38,158 nucleotides of DNA from Pseudomonadota bacterium. GTDB lineage: Bacteria > Bdellovibrionota_C > UBA2361 > OMII01. The position numbers and the translations under genes are program-made. Position 1 is the first letter of the stretch; the number at the start of each line of letters is the position of its first letter. The stretch lies in contig OMII01000090.1 in the NCBI GenBank assembly GCA_900299055.1, positions 1 to 38,158 on the forward strand. The letters run 5' to 3'. The notes under the pieces are model-generated. The model made no database searches, had not been told where the DNA came from, and was given only the letters and a program-made list of their open reading frames with translations. Shown here piece by piece: positions 7,382 through 18,199 of this stretch.

Positions 7382-9202
7382 ATGAACCCCCCAATTATAC
7401 ATCGTGAGGACGCCGTAAAGGTGCGGCAAGCATACGCCACCGCTGGCAAGCGAGTCGGGTTTACGTCGGGGGTATTTGATATCGTGCACCCAGGCCATGT
7501 GGAGTATCTGCGTGCTGCGCGCGAGCTTGTTGATGTTTTGTTTGTTGGTGTTAATTCCGATCTATCCGTCCGAGCTAATAAAGGACCGACAAGGCCCATA
7601 AACTCCGAACGTGATAGAGCGGAGGTCCTGTTGGGGCTCTCCTCGGTCGACCATGTTTTTATCTTCGACGAGCGCAACAACAACACTAATATCGAGCTTC
7701 TGCGCCCGGATGTGTATATCAAAGCAGGGGATTACTCAGAGGAGCGTCTCAGCTCTAAGAAGATAGTGGAGTCTTACGGCGGTTCGGTCGCATTGGTGCC
7801 GTTTCGTGAAGGCAGCTCAACGACTGGAGTCGTTGCAAAGATAAAAGCAGCTCTTGTGACACAAGAAGGACATGAAGTTTCCTATGACTTTCGCCCCGCG
7901 GTGTTCCTCGACCGTGATGGCACCATCAACGAGCATATCGAATATTTAAGCGAGCCCGCGAGGTTTATTCCAATTCCCGGCGCTTACGCGGCAATCAAGC
8001 GTCTTCAAGATCTTGGATATCGGATAGTGGTAGTGACTAATCAGCCCGGAATAGGTCTTGGCTACTTTCGCAGAGAAGATCTATTTGCCGTAAATCGTGA
8101 GATGATGAGACAAGGCACAGAGTACGGCTGTGCTTTTGATAAGATTTACTACTGCCCGCACTCAAAAGCAGACGCCTGTGCGTGTCGTAAACCAGGGACG
8201 TATTTTATCAAGCTGGCAGAGCGAGAATTAAATATAGACCTCGCCAATAGCGTTATCATCGGTGACATGACATCCGATGTAGAATGTGGGGTCCAGTCTG
8301 GCTTGCGTACTGTGTTGGTGAGAACTGGGCGCGGCGGTGATGATAAGATGTTCAAGGTCGCACCGACGCATATAGCCGCTGACCTTGCTGGTGCCGCTGA
8401 GTGGATAGCAGCCCAACCAAAAGTTGCCGCGCGCGAGGGTGGGGCTTCCGTTGTAAAATCGACTGCTCACGATGCACACTTTCTTGCGGCAGCGACCTCT
8501 CTCGCTGACAACCTGGGCCGGGAGTACGCGACGATATTTGGCTCTGTCCTGGGGGGTGCCACTCTGATTGAACAACGTACCAGCACAGATGGCTCACCGT
8601 CGATAGTGGCGGATTCGTTGGATCTGATACGCAAAGCGTCACATCGTGGATTAGCCCTATCGAAGAAGCTTGAGGCGCTGGCGAGAGCGGAGGAGCGGCC
8701 CAGCGCGACGAGATCGCTGGAGTCTTGTGTGAAGGCCGTCATAGAGCTTGTATCAAGTCATCACGGCGATGAGTGTCAGATAGAACTGATATGTCCAGAG
8801 GATGTAGAGGTTGAGGTAGCTGATTTTACCGTCGTGCAGATGTTGCTTGAGCTGTGCGAGAACGCCTTGGAAGCTATGAGAGCCCTACCGGAGCGCTTTA
8901 TCGTGTTTCACGTCGAGAGGCTAGAACTTGACAGCGAAGCGTCTGCTCTTGAATTGAAGCCGGGGTCTTATGCCCGCGTCAGTATTGTCGACCACGGCGA
9001 TGGGCTTGAAGAGCCTCGGGAGCGGGACGGCCTTGTATCCCTCTCGGCGGCCCGCGTAAAAGAGTATGGGCGAGGCCTGGGTCTGAGTATGTTGATGGCC
9101 AAGTCTGTCATGAAGCAACATGGCGGAACCGTGGCTGTGGCGTCTCGCCTGCAGGCGGGGACTAATATATCTCTCTACTTCCCAGTGTCTCATAAATCCT
9201 AG
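7382..9202 (+). CDS. Fusion: D-glycero-D-manno-heptose-1-phosphate adenylyltransferase (HldC/RfaE domain II) + heptose-1,7-bisphosphate phosphatase (GmhB, HAD-IIIA) + degenerate HisKA/HATPase_c
   Basis: Adenylyltransferase: TSGVFDIVHPGH, GVNSDLSVRANKGPTRPIN, KAGDY, SSTT. GmhB: AVFLDRDGTIN, VTNQPG, CPH..CACRKPG, IGDMTSD. HATPase_c: N box LCENALEAM, G1 DHGDG, G2 GRGLGLS, HGGTVAVAS..GTNISLYFP. Confidence 0.88.
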   Translation: MNPPIIHREDAVKVRQAYATAGKRVGFTSGVFDIVHPGHVEYLRAARELVDVLFVGVNSDLSVRANKGPTRPINSERDRAEVLLGLSSVDHVFIFDERNNNTNIELLRPDVYIKAGDYSEERLSSKKIVESYGGSVALVPFREGSSTTGVVAKIKAALVTQEGHEVSYDFRPAVFLDRDGTINEHIEYLSEPARFIPIPGAYAAIKRLQDLGYRIVVVTNQPGIGLGYFRREDLFAVNREMMRQGTEYGCAFDKIYYCPHSKADACACRKPGTYFIKLAERELNIDLANSVIIGDMTSDVECGVQSGLRTVLVRTGRGGDDKMFKVAPTHIAADLAGAAEWIAAQPKVAAREGGASVVKSTAHDAHFLAAATSLADNLGREYATIFGSVLGGATLIEQRTSTDGSPSIVADSLDLIRKASHRGLALSKKLEALARAEERPSATRSLESCVKAVIELVSSHHGDECQIELICPEDVEVEVADFTVVQMLLELCENALEAMRALPERFIVFHVERLELDSEASALELKPGSYARVSIVDHGDGLEEPRERDGLVSLSAARVKEYGRGLGLSMLMAKSVMKQHGGTVAVASRLQAGTNISLYFPVSHKS

Positions 9203-9370
9203 TGGTCGAATTCGGGGGTAATCCCAGGGTGGGGTGGAGGTTATCCGGCAGTGGCTTTGACCCCAGAGCTGCTTTGGTCTCCGCCCTGCGACTTGCGTGC
9301 TTAGCTTCGTAGGTTTTAGCCGCCCAGTGCGCTACAATAGGTGCTAGTCGCCGATTGAGAGGATTGTTGT

Positions 9371-9955
9371 ATGACCGCGTTTCCTGATGTTTCGATTGCG
9401 TTACCGGAGTGGGTTCAGCGTGAGGTGCGGCCAGGTGAGCGCTACGAAACGCTTGAGGATCGGATGAGGTTTGTAATCTCACTCGCCGCCCGAAATGTCG
9501 ACCGGGCAACCGGCGGGCCGTTTGGGGCAGCGGTATTTGAGCGAGATAGCGGCCTTTTAATCGCTCCCGGCGTTAACCGTGTTGAGCTATCGCTCTGTTC
9601 GCTCGCTCACGCGGAATCTGTGGCGCTCATGGTGAGCCAGCAGGCACTTAAAACATATGATCTTGGGGCAGAGCACTTGCCCGCGCTGGAGCTGGTGACA
9701 AGCTCGCAGCCATGTATCCAGTGCTATGGCAATGTGTGGTGGTCAGGGATTAGTCGCTTAGTTACGGGCACTTCTATCGCGCAGACCTCAGCGATAGCGG
9801 GTTTTGATGAGGGGCCTGTGCCGTCGAACTGGGCAGAGCTTCTGCGTGCTAAAAAGCCGTCGGAGCGCGCGATCGAGGTCGTCCAGGGCGTCTTAGCCGA
9901 CGAGGCGTGCAAAGTTTTGGAGCGCTACGCACAGAGCGGTGGGGCGCGATATTAA
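9371..9955 (+). CDS. Zn-dependent nucleoside/nucleobase deaminase (cytidine/guanine deaminase-like)
   Basis: GGPFGAAVF, AHAE, PCIQC and AGFDEG motifs. Confidence 0.88.
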   Translation: MTAFPDVSIALPEWVQREVRPGERYETLEDRMRFVISLAARNVDRATGGPFGAAVFERDSGLLIAPGVNRVELSLCSLAHAESVALMVSQQALKTYDLGAEHLPALELVTSSQPCIQCYGNVWWSGISRLVTGTSIAQTSAIAGFDEGPVPSNWAELLRAKKPSERAIEVVQGVLADEACKVLERYAQSGGARY

Positions 9956-10013
9956 CTCTCGACTGGTACGCCACTCGACGCACTCACAACCTACTTTGAG
10001 GAAGGTGTTAATC

Positions 10014-11585
10014 TTACGAACGCTTAGAGCTTTTTTTCGATCGCTTTGTCTGGGAGCTCTTGGAGCTTTTCAAGGCCGCAGCGTGGTAGTGAGTTGATTT
10101 TATCGAGCGGTAATGCTTTTTGCGGCGAGCGGTTGGCGCCACCTCGGGCATCGGTGGAGGGTCCACTCGGAAGAACTTTTGAAATACTAATCGACCCAAG
10201 TGTGAGGCCTTTGCCCCGTGCCTCGCGTCGACGGTGATGACCGCTACTGCGAGCTCTGGATTGTTTATCGGAGCAGCTGCTATGAACCAGTTGTTAAGCC
10301 CAACGGGGTCAGTCCCACTCAGGGTTCCGGTCTTTGCCGCTACGTCGATATTTCCGAGCGTTGGACGAGAGCCTCGCATGAATTCGCGGCGAGAAGTGCC
10401 GATAGTGGTCGTGTTACGCATCATTTCGAGGAGTGATTGGGCGGTTCCCGGCTCTACGATTCTCTGGATGATCTCGGTACGTGGTTGCTCCAGGGTTCTG
10501 CCGTCGCTGTCGGCGATCCTTTCTATTAGTTGTGGGCGAGGAAGGAGTCCGTCATTAGCGATTCCTGATACCAGGGCTGCCGCGTGGACAGGGCTAATTT
10601 TCACCTGACCGAATCCGGCGGAAGTGCGACTCAATTCAAACGGATCTTCGTGTGGGATTGATGCTGAGCTTGGTGGGAGCGGCGCGGGGAAGTCGAGTGA
10701 TTGGTTGAACCCGAACTTATTCGCATAACGATTGAGTACCGAGCCGTTTAGGTACTTCAATCCGATATGTCCGAAGACTGGATTGCATGATCGTCCCATC
10801 GCCTCACCCACGGACATCATGCGTCGGTCAGAGCGAGGATTGGGGAGGTAGTTCCATTCGTTGAGAGTGTAGGTGCCTCCACGAAAGGCTATGAGGGAGT
10901 TTGGATCGATGCCAGCATGTTCAACTGCGGCCGCGGCGGTTACAACCTTAAAGAGGGATGCAGCTGGGAATCCTGCGTGGTACTCAATATCCGCTATGGT
11001 CGGTGACTTTCCTGCGATGGCAAGAATCGCCCCAGTGCGCGGATTCATCGCCACAACAGCGACATGATTCGCTGCGGCGTTTCTGACCACGCCAGATACA
11101 TACTCTTGGAGTTCAGGATCGAGGGTGTAGAATACGTAGTTGTTGTTGGGAGTAACGCTCGCAAAGCGATCGCCGATTCGCGCGTTGAACGATGGTCGTT
11201 TTGAGAGGCGTAGGGCGCCCGAGGAAGAGCTTGATACGCTCACCACATCGAGCTGCGGCACAGGGTATATGCGACCGCTTGAGCGAGCGGCGCTCTCCAT
11301 AGCGAGTTGATCTCGTGACTGCTCGATAGCTCCTCTCATGAGTGCTTGCTCGCGGGCGATCTCTTCGGGGGCCGCAGCAAGAGACTCTGCGCCACGGGAG
11401 TCTGCCGCTAGAGCGATGCTGCGAGGAGAGTGCGGCATAGCTCCAATGATGCCAAGAGCTGTGAGCCCGGCGGCGACTGCGAGTCTCGGTGCGTACGCGA
11501 TTTTTTTCTTATTTTTTTGTTGTCGGGTAGGGGTGCTTGGGAGAAGAGAGGAGTTGTTGTCTGGTAAGAGATGCCCCAGTTTCAT
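10014..11585 (-). CDS. Penicillin-binding protein, transpeptidase domain with short N-terminal anchor
   Basis: SxxK (ASLFK), SxN (SCN) and KTG (KTGT) motifs; N-terminal hydrophobic segment; basic C-terminal tail. Probable start ATG 11585. Confidence 0.88.
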   Translation of the reverse strand: MKLGHLLPDNNSSLLPSTPTRQQKNKKKIAYAPRLAVAAGLTALGIIGAMPHSPRSIALAADSRGAESLAAAPEEIAREQALMRGAIEQSRDQLAMESAARSSGRIYPVPQLDVVSVSSSSSGALRLSKRPSFNARIGDRFASVTPNNNYVFYTLDPELQEYVSGVVRNAAANHVAVVAMNPRTGAILAIAGKSPTIADIEYHAGFPAASLFKVVTAAAAVEHAGIDPNSLIAFRGGTYTLNEWNYLPNPRSDRRMMSVGEAMGRSCNPVFGHIGLKYLNGSVLNRYANKFGFNQSLDFPAPLPPSSASIPHEDPFELSRTSAGFGQVKISPVHAAALVSGIANDGLLPRPQLIERIADSDGRTLEQPRTEIIQRIVEPGTAQSLLEMMRNTTTIGTSRREFMRGSRPTLGNIDVAAKTGTLSGTDPVGLNNWFIAAAPINNPELAVAVITVDARHGAKASHLGRLVFQKFFRVDPPPMPEVAPTARRKKHYRSIKSTHYHAAALKSSKSSQTKRSKKSSKRS

Positions 11586-11874
11586 TACCGTGAAGTCCCG
11601 CAATACGTAAGACAGCGCATTTGCTGTCGCTTTCGATCCGTTCTCTGCTTGTAGGTGGTGAAGCGATCCTCGCCGCAACAGCTCGCTGAGGTGCGCCTTA
11701 CCTAACTATGATGCCAGAGAAGCCCATTCAGAGCGCACATTGCCTTAAGCAGTGCCAAAGGATGGGTGCGCGAAGCCCAGACCTCCAATGTGACTGATTT
11801 CGGGGGCTTGAACAACCCTTAAAATTACGTTTGCCCTTGAAGGAATGATGCGTCTAGGGTACACCCAAGAGCGT

Positions 11875-12363
11875 ATGTTCTGGCGCAACAAGACCGCTAT
11901 CCAACACCAAGCAGCAGAGTCGCTTTTGAGCGATGGTAAAGGCCAGATTAAGGAGAATTTCGTACGTCAACCAGCTAACGTTGACGCCCAACGGGGTGAT
12001 ATTGACGAGCGCGCTCTGGTGGCAGAGCTCGGGGCCAGTGAGCGCTGCTATGTGGTGCCGCGCTCACACCGCATCTCGGGCGCTATTGTCACATCCAGGG
12101 CGGTCGTTGTGGAAGGGCAGCTTACTAACGGCTCTTTGGACGCTCCTGCTGTGCTGGTGGCGCAGGGCGGTCGTTTGGCTGTGCCGACCCAGGCGTCAAA
12201 AGTGTTCGTACAAGGCGAGGTGAATGCCAACCTTTCGGCCTCGGTGCAGATGATTGTAGGGCCTCGGGGTGCTGTAAAGGGCACGCTTAATGCCCCGTCG
12301 ATACAGGTTGAGCCGGGCGCACAGATGGCAGAGGCGACTCTGTGTGTAGGGCCGAAGCGCTAA
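11875..12363 (+). CDS. Bactofilin (polymer-forming cytoskeletal protein, CcmA/BacA-like)
   Basis: Beta-helix repeats ISGAI..VVVEGQL..VFVQGEVNANL..GAVKGTLNAPSIQVEPGA. MFWRNK resembles the N-terminal MF-basic motif of bactofilins. Alternative start 11845. Confidence 0.8.
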   Translation: MFWRNKTAIQHQAAESLLSDGKGQIKENFVRQPANVDAQRGDIDERALVAELGASERCYVVPRSHRISGAIVTSRAVVVEGQLTNGSLDAPAVLVAQGGRLAVPTQASKVFVQGEVNANLSASVQMIVGPRGAVKGTLNAPSIQVEPGAQMAEATLCVGPKR

Positions 12364-12542
12364 GAAAGTGTAGTGTTGTCCCGCCCCTCGGGGTATTACG
12401 TCGAGATTCCATCCTGGTTTAATGTGCGCTCAGGGAGATACACGCCGCGGTTGCCGCTGGTGTTTCCCGGCGATATGCAGCGAGATCCCTCTGTAGTCAA
12501 TGAGTTCACTGTGACTACTGAAGCACATAAACTGAGTTGAAT

Positions 12543-12571
12543 AAAAAAGGGCTGGTCTTTCGACCAACCCT
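12543..12571 (-). terminator. Rho-independent terminator downstream of rplS
   Basis: Minus strand GGGTTGGTC-GAAA-GACCAGCCC followed by TTTTTT. Confidence 0.85.
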
Positions 12572-12622
12572 CTGTCGCGTACTCTTCTGGTTATTAAGAA
12601 GAGGCGCAGATGTGATGAACAA

Positions 12623-13108
12623 CTAGGCCGCCTGTGTTGGGCTCTCTTCCTTCGAGTTCGTATACATCGTCTTCATGCGGGTAGCCTTACCTCGAAGCGG
12701 TCGTAGGTAAAAGAGTCGCGAGCGACGGACCTTAGCTCGAGTGATAACTTCTACCTTCTCGATGCGTGGGCTGTGGAGTGGGAATGTTCGCTCAACGCCG
12801 ATGTTGTACGACACCTTTCGCACCGTGAACGTTGCATCAGCGTGGTTGCCCTTGCTGCGCTTGAGGACAACGCCCTCAAATACTTGGATACGCTCCTTGG
12901 TTCCCTCGATGATCTTTGCGTGTACGCGAACGGTATCGCCGATGTTAAGTTCTGGGAGATCTGAGCGAATGCTCGCTCCTGTTACAGCTGCCAGCGCCTG
13001 GCCGAGGGTAGTTGGCTCGCGCTTTGTCGCTTTCGGAGCAGTTACGGCCTGCTCGGTCTGCGTCTCTGCGGCTGTCTCTGTCGTATTCGTCTCGTCTGAG
13101 CTTGTCAT
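12623..13108 (-). CDS. rplS: 50S ribosomal protein L19 (bL19) with N-terminal extension
   Basis: [47 protein letters not shown] and [11 protein letters not shown]. Confidence 0.97.
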   Translation of the reverse strand: MTSSDETNTTETAAETQTEQAVTAPKATKREPTTLGQALAAVTGASIRSDLPELNIGDTVRVHAKIIEGTKERIQVFEGVVLKRSKGNHADATFTVRKVSYNIGVERTFPLHSPRIEKVEVITRAKVRRSRLFYLRPLRGKATRMKTMYTNSKEESPTQAA

Positions 13109-13370
13109 AGTAAATCCACTGGTGCCTTTTCAAACAACGGACGGGACTTGTACCACAAGGAGCCCTGCAGTTCAATGAATTGGGGCCTAGATTGTGAGAT
13201 CTGCCAACGGTAGTGCGCGTCGTCAGTGAGGCTCGATAAGCGCTAAAAACCTGAAGTCTTTGGCTTTTGTTCGGTGCTTTGTCGGTGTACACTGCTCTGC
13301 GTGGTGGCGCGACAGGGCTACTCGAGGGGGCGCTGTTTTTGCAGCTACCTGAATTTATTGAGGTTTAATT

Positions 13371-13682
13371 GTGAATCGAGCGAGTCTAATCATTCGAAAA
13401 GCGAAGAAGCGAAAGAGTTTCAGGCCGGCGTGGACCAAGGAGCAGGACCTCAAGTACAAGGAGTTGGTTGCCCAGCTCGAGCAGCTCGGATTCACGGTGC
13501 GCCGTGAGGAGTTGAAGCGCGGACATTGCTGGAAGGTTGTTAGTGGTTCGTGTCGCTCGCTGTCTCAGCGTTTTATCTTTGTTGATAGTAGGCTTGCGCC
13601 TCAAGATCAGATCTCGTTTCTAGAATTGAAGCTCCTCGACGCTAAAACTGAGGGAGAGTCTCAGGTTTCTGAGGCCGCGTAG
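13371..13682 (+). CDS. Small conserved-looking hypothetical protein
   Basis: 103 aa; GTG start preceded by GAGG. The pattern GFTVRREE..SGSC..FIFVDSRLAP..QISFL is protein-like. Confidence 0.6.
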   Translation: MNRASLIIRKAKKRKSFRPAWTKEQDLKYKELVAQLEQLGFTVRREELKRGHCWKVVSGSCRSLSQRFIFVDSRLAPQDQISFLELKLLDAKTEGESQVSEAA

Positions 13683-13830
13683 CGGTTTCTCGCGGCGGAG
13701 CGCGTCGGGGCAGGCCAGGACTGGGAGTTTTTCAGCGGCCGTTGGGCGATTGAAAATCTCTTCATAGGCGAGCACCTTTCTATCTATTTTCAACTAAATT
13801 GTTGCTATGCTCCCAAGGCTGCTACGGTAG

Positions 13831-14916
<1,086 letters not shown>

Positions 14917-14938
14917 TCTAGGAGCGTGTGTAGGTCTC

Positions 14939-15790
14939 ATGCGACAAGAGATTTCCGAACGGACGCATATCGCACTCGTTTCGTTTGGTCTTTTTGTGGC
15001 CTCGTTATTTCTCACGGCCTACAGTGCGCGTAATCCGGCAGTGGCACGAGTGGGGCATACTATTGTCTTGGAGGTTACGGCTCCGTTCGCTCGCACTGCA
15101 AACGCCATCGCCCAAGGAGTTCAATCGGTCTGGGGTAGATATCTCTATCTCGTCTCGACAGCTCAGCAGAATGAGAGCCTCTCTCGGCGCGTATCGGAGT
15201 TGGAGAGTCGGCTTGGGATGCTCAGTGAGTTCGAGTCGGAGAATGAAAGATTGAGGCAAGCGTTGTCGTTCGCCTCGGAACGTCAATTGCGCGGAGTCGC
15301 CGCAGCTGTGATAGGGGCAGATTCAAGTGGATGGATTCGAGGTCTCGTAATTGATCGGGGCTCTTCACATGGCGTTCGGCCGGGTATGGCCGTTATCCAT
15401 CCTCGGGGGATCGTCGGGCAAATTACGTCAGTCGCGTCGAATTCAGCACGGGTGCTTTTGGTTAATGATCACTCCAGTGGAGTAGATGTGTTAGTGCAGA
15501 GCTCTCGAGTGCGGGGTGTGGTCGAGGGAGCAGGAGAGAAGGTGTGTGAACTCAAGTTCGTGACGAAGGAGAACCCGGTAAAGGTTGGTGAAGTTGTGGT
15601 TACATCGGGGATGGACCGAGTTTTTCCAAAGGGTGTAGTCGTTGGAACTGTCTCTCATGTGAGCGCGCAGACCAGCACGCTATTTCAGACCATAGAGGTT
15701 CGCCCTGCGGTCAATTTCGCGCGTATCGAAGAGGTTCTCGTGGTCGCCTCCGGGGCCGAAGAGTCGGGTATCCAATCAGGGGGTAAGTAA
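14939..15790 (+). CDS. mreC: Rod shape-determining protein MreC
   Basis: TM helix, coiled coil ENERLRQAL, IDRGSSHGV and GEVVVTSGMDRVFPKG; position after mreB. Confidence 0.95.
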   Translation: MRQEISERTHIALVSFGLFVASLFLTAYSARNPAVARVGHTIVLEVTAPFARTANAIAQGVQSVWGRYLYLVSTAQQNESLSRRVSELESRLGMLSEFESENERLRQALSFASERQLRGVAAAVIGADSSGWIRGLVIDRGSSHGVRPGMAVIHPRGIVGQITSVASNSARVLLVNDHSSGVDVLVQSSRVRGVVEGAGEKVCELKFVTKENPVKVGEVVVTSGMDRVFPKGVVVGTVSHVSAQTSTLFQTIEVRPAVNFARIEEVLVVASGAEESGIQSGGK

Positions 15791-15793
15791 GCG

Positions 15794-16306
15794 ATGCGGT
15801 CTCTCCTCATACTTGTGATTGGATTTGCTCTTGTAATCGTGCAGAGCTTGCTGCATGGCATGGGTATGCCGGAGTGGCTGCTGCCACAGGGGCTTATCGT
15901 GTGCGTGGTGTACTTAGCTTTTTTTGAAAGCTCGATAGCGGGTGCACTGCTCGCATTCGGCTGCGGGCTACTGCTGGATCTAACGACAGCGACGGTGTTG
16001 GGGCCATGGGCTGGTGCCTATGTGCTTGCGTATGCACTTCTATCGTTCGTGTCGCCGCGTTTGTTTGTGGAATCGACGGTTGTGACCTCGGTGGTTACGG
16101 GCGTTACGAGTCTTTTCGCTGGCTCGGTCTACTTGTTTTTGGCTTTCGAGTATCAGTCGCTATCACAGGAAGATATCGTGGTGTTGTTGGGGCAGGCCAG
16201 CGCCTCCGCGATTGTTGCGCCCGCAATATCGTCCATTATCGGTAGGGTGTGTGGGCGGTCAAACTCTCGATTGATGAATCACGCTTCGCTCGTATCGGCG
16301 GTGTAA
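15794..16306 (+). CDS. mreD: Rod shape-determining protein MreD
   Basis: 170-aa hydrophobic protein with GLLLDL motif between mreC and mrdA. Confidence 0.88.
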   Translation: MRSLLILVIGFALVIVQSLLHGMGMPEWLLPQGLIVCVVYLAFFESSIAGALLAFGCGLLLDLTTATVLGPWAGAYVLAYALLSFVSPRLFVESTVVTSVVTGVTSLFAGSVYLFLAFEYQSLSQEDIVVLLGQASASAIVAPAISSIIGRVCGRSNSRLMNHASLVSAV

Positions 16307-16312
16307 TCCTAT

Positions 16313-18199
16313 ATGCCGAGGTCGGAACGTAATCAGCTCAACCTTGGAGTGCGTGTGATATGGGCGGGAGCGCTCTGCGCCTGCTGCCTGGCTATTCTTG
16401 TAGGGCGGCTCTGGTACTTGCAGATTGTCAAAGGCAGCTTTTTTCGCGACCGCTCAGAAAACAACAGGCTTCGTACTATCTTCATAACTGCTCCGCGCGG
16501 AGTAATCCACGATAGAAATGGCGAGCCATTAGTTAGTAACCGTCCATCATTCAATGTAGAGCTCGTAGTCGAAGACACTCCAGATCTGAAGAAGACTGTT
16601 GCCGATGTGGCGGAACTCGCAGGGGAAAACCCGGATGAGTTGTACGAGCGTGTGTCGAAGCAGACAAAGCGGAGACGATTTGAGCCGAAGATCGTGCTGC
16701 GCGATGTGTCGCGCGATGTTGTGGGTGCTATTTCAGCGCAGCGGCATCGCTTGCCCGGAGTGGTAGTCGGCGTGGCTCCTGCGCGTCAGTACCCGTTTGG
16801 AGACTTGGCAGCGCACCTTGTCGGGTACATTCGCGAGATCTCCTCGGATCAGCTCAAGAGCGTTACGTACAGTGGTTATCGCTCCGGTGACATGGTTGGC
16901 CAGTCGGGTATCGAATCGAGTCTTGAGCGATATTTGCGCGGCGAGCGGGGCGTGCAGGCGGTTATTGTAAACGCCCTGGGGAGTAAGATCGGAGAGGCTT
17001 ATACCCAGCCCGAGATTCCCGGCAGTAATGTATTTCTGACGATCGACAAACGGCTACAGAAGGTAGCCGATGATGCCTTGGTGGGTAAGAAAGGCGCGGT
17101 AGTTGTCATGGACGTGAAAAATGGCGACATATTGGCGCTTTCATCCGCGCCACGTTTTGAGCCGGCGCTATTCACTGGTGAGATTTCAAAGGATGAGTGG
17201 TCTGATCTGACAGATCCGAAATCGTACAAGTTATCAAATCGCGCTTTGCAGGGGGCGTTTCCACCAGGGTCAGTATTTAAGATCTTTGTGGCTGCAGCAG
17301 CGCTCTCGGAGGGTGTCACAGACACCCACGAGAAGACCTTCTGTCCTGGTTTTCTCCAGTTTGGAAAGAGATCGTTTCGATGTCACAAGCACTCGGGACA
17401 TGGCCGCACCGATTTATTTGAGGCAATAGTTCAATCGTGTGATGTGTTTTTTTACACGATTGGGCAACGCTTGGGCGTAGACCGCATTCATTATTACGCA
17501 CGAGATCTATTTGGTTTTGGGGAGCCTGTTGGACTGGCCGGGATGGAAGAGAGTGTTGGGCTCGTGCCCTCTACGAAGTGGAAGGAGTCCTACTTTCGCA
17601 ATCCTCAAGACAAAAAATGGTACCCAGGAGAGACTCTGCCCGTTGCAATTGGTCAGGGCGCAGTCTCGACAACGCCGATGCAAGTAGCACGAGCGCTCGC
17701 GGCAGTTGTAAATGGAGGAAAGCTGATCAAGCCCCGAGTTGTGAAGCGAGTAGTAGCGGAGGATGGGCGTGTGCTGGAAGATCGCTCACAGGCGCCAGAG
17801 ATTGCCCGAGTGATCGACATTGATCCCGCTATCCTTCAGGAGCTAAAGCGTTCGATGCTGGGAGTGGTTGAAGATAAACGAGGCACGGGCCATGCTGCTG
17901 CTCTTCCTGAGGTTAGTAAGATTCGGGTTGGAGGAAAGACTGGTACCGCGCAGGTGTCGTCACGAGAGTCTGGCGTTGATGTGGAGGATCACGCGTGGTT
18001 TGCTGGGTTTGGGCCAGCTGAGGATCCCTCCCTTGTGGTGGTTGCGTTGGTAGAAAATGGGGGGCACGGCGGGGCGGCTGCGGCACCGATCGCGCGTCAG
18101 ATTTTTATGCAGTATTTCAATGTTCAAGAACCCCAGAAGCCGCAGAAGACAGACCCGAAAAAGCGTAGTCGTGTGGAGGTGAACCGTGTTGACCATTGA
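16313..18199 (+). CDS. mrdA: Penicillin-binding protein 2
   Basis: RLWYLQI, APRGVIHDRNG, PPGSVFK (SxxK), SCD, GKTGTAQV and DHAWF. Confidence 0.97.
   Translation: MPRSERNQLNLGVRVIWAGALCACCLAILVGRLWYLQIVKGSFFRDRSENNRLRTIFITAPRGVIHDRNGEPLVSNRPSFNVELVVEDTPDLKKTVADVAELAGENPDELYERVSKQTKRRRFEPKIVLRDVSRDVVGAISAQRHRLPGVVVGVAPARQYPFGDLAAHLVGYIREISSDQLKSVTYSGYRSGDMVGQSGIESSLERYLRGERGVQAVIVNALGSKIGEAYTQPEIPGSNVFLTIDKRLQKVADDALVGKKGAVVVMDVKNGDILALSSAPRFEPALFTGEISKDEWSDLTDPKSYKLSNRALQGAFPPGSVFKIFVAAAALSEGVTDTHEKTFCPGFLQFGKRSFRCHKHSGHGRTDLFEAIVQSCDVFFYTIGQRLGVDRIHYYARDLFGFGEPVGLAGMEESVGLVPSTKWKESYFRNPQDKKWYPGETLPVAIGQGAVSTTPMQVARALAAVVNGGKLIKPRVVKRVVAEDGRVLEDRSQAPEIARVIDIDPAILQELKRSMLGVVEDKRGTGHAAALPEVSKIRVGGKTGTAQVSSRESGVDVEDHAWFAGFGPAEDPSLVVVALVENGGHGGAAAAPIARQIFMQYFNVQEPQKPQKTDPKKRSRVEVNRVDH

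Noticed and set aside
12945-13292. ORF upstream of and overlapping rplS as a trmD remnant
   Set aside because: No TrmD motifs; it overlaps rplS in another frame.
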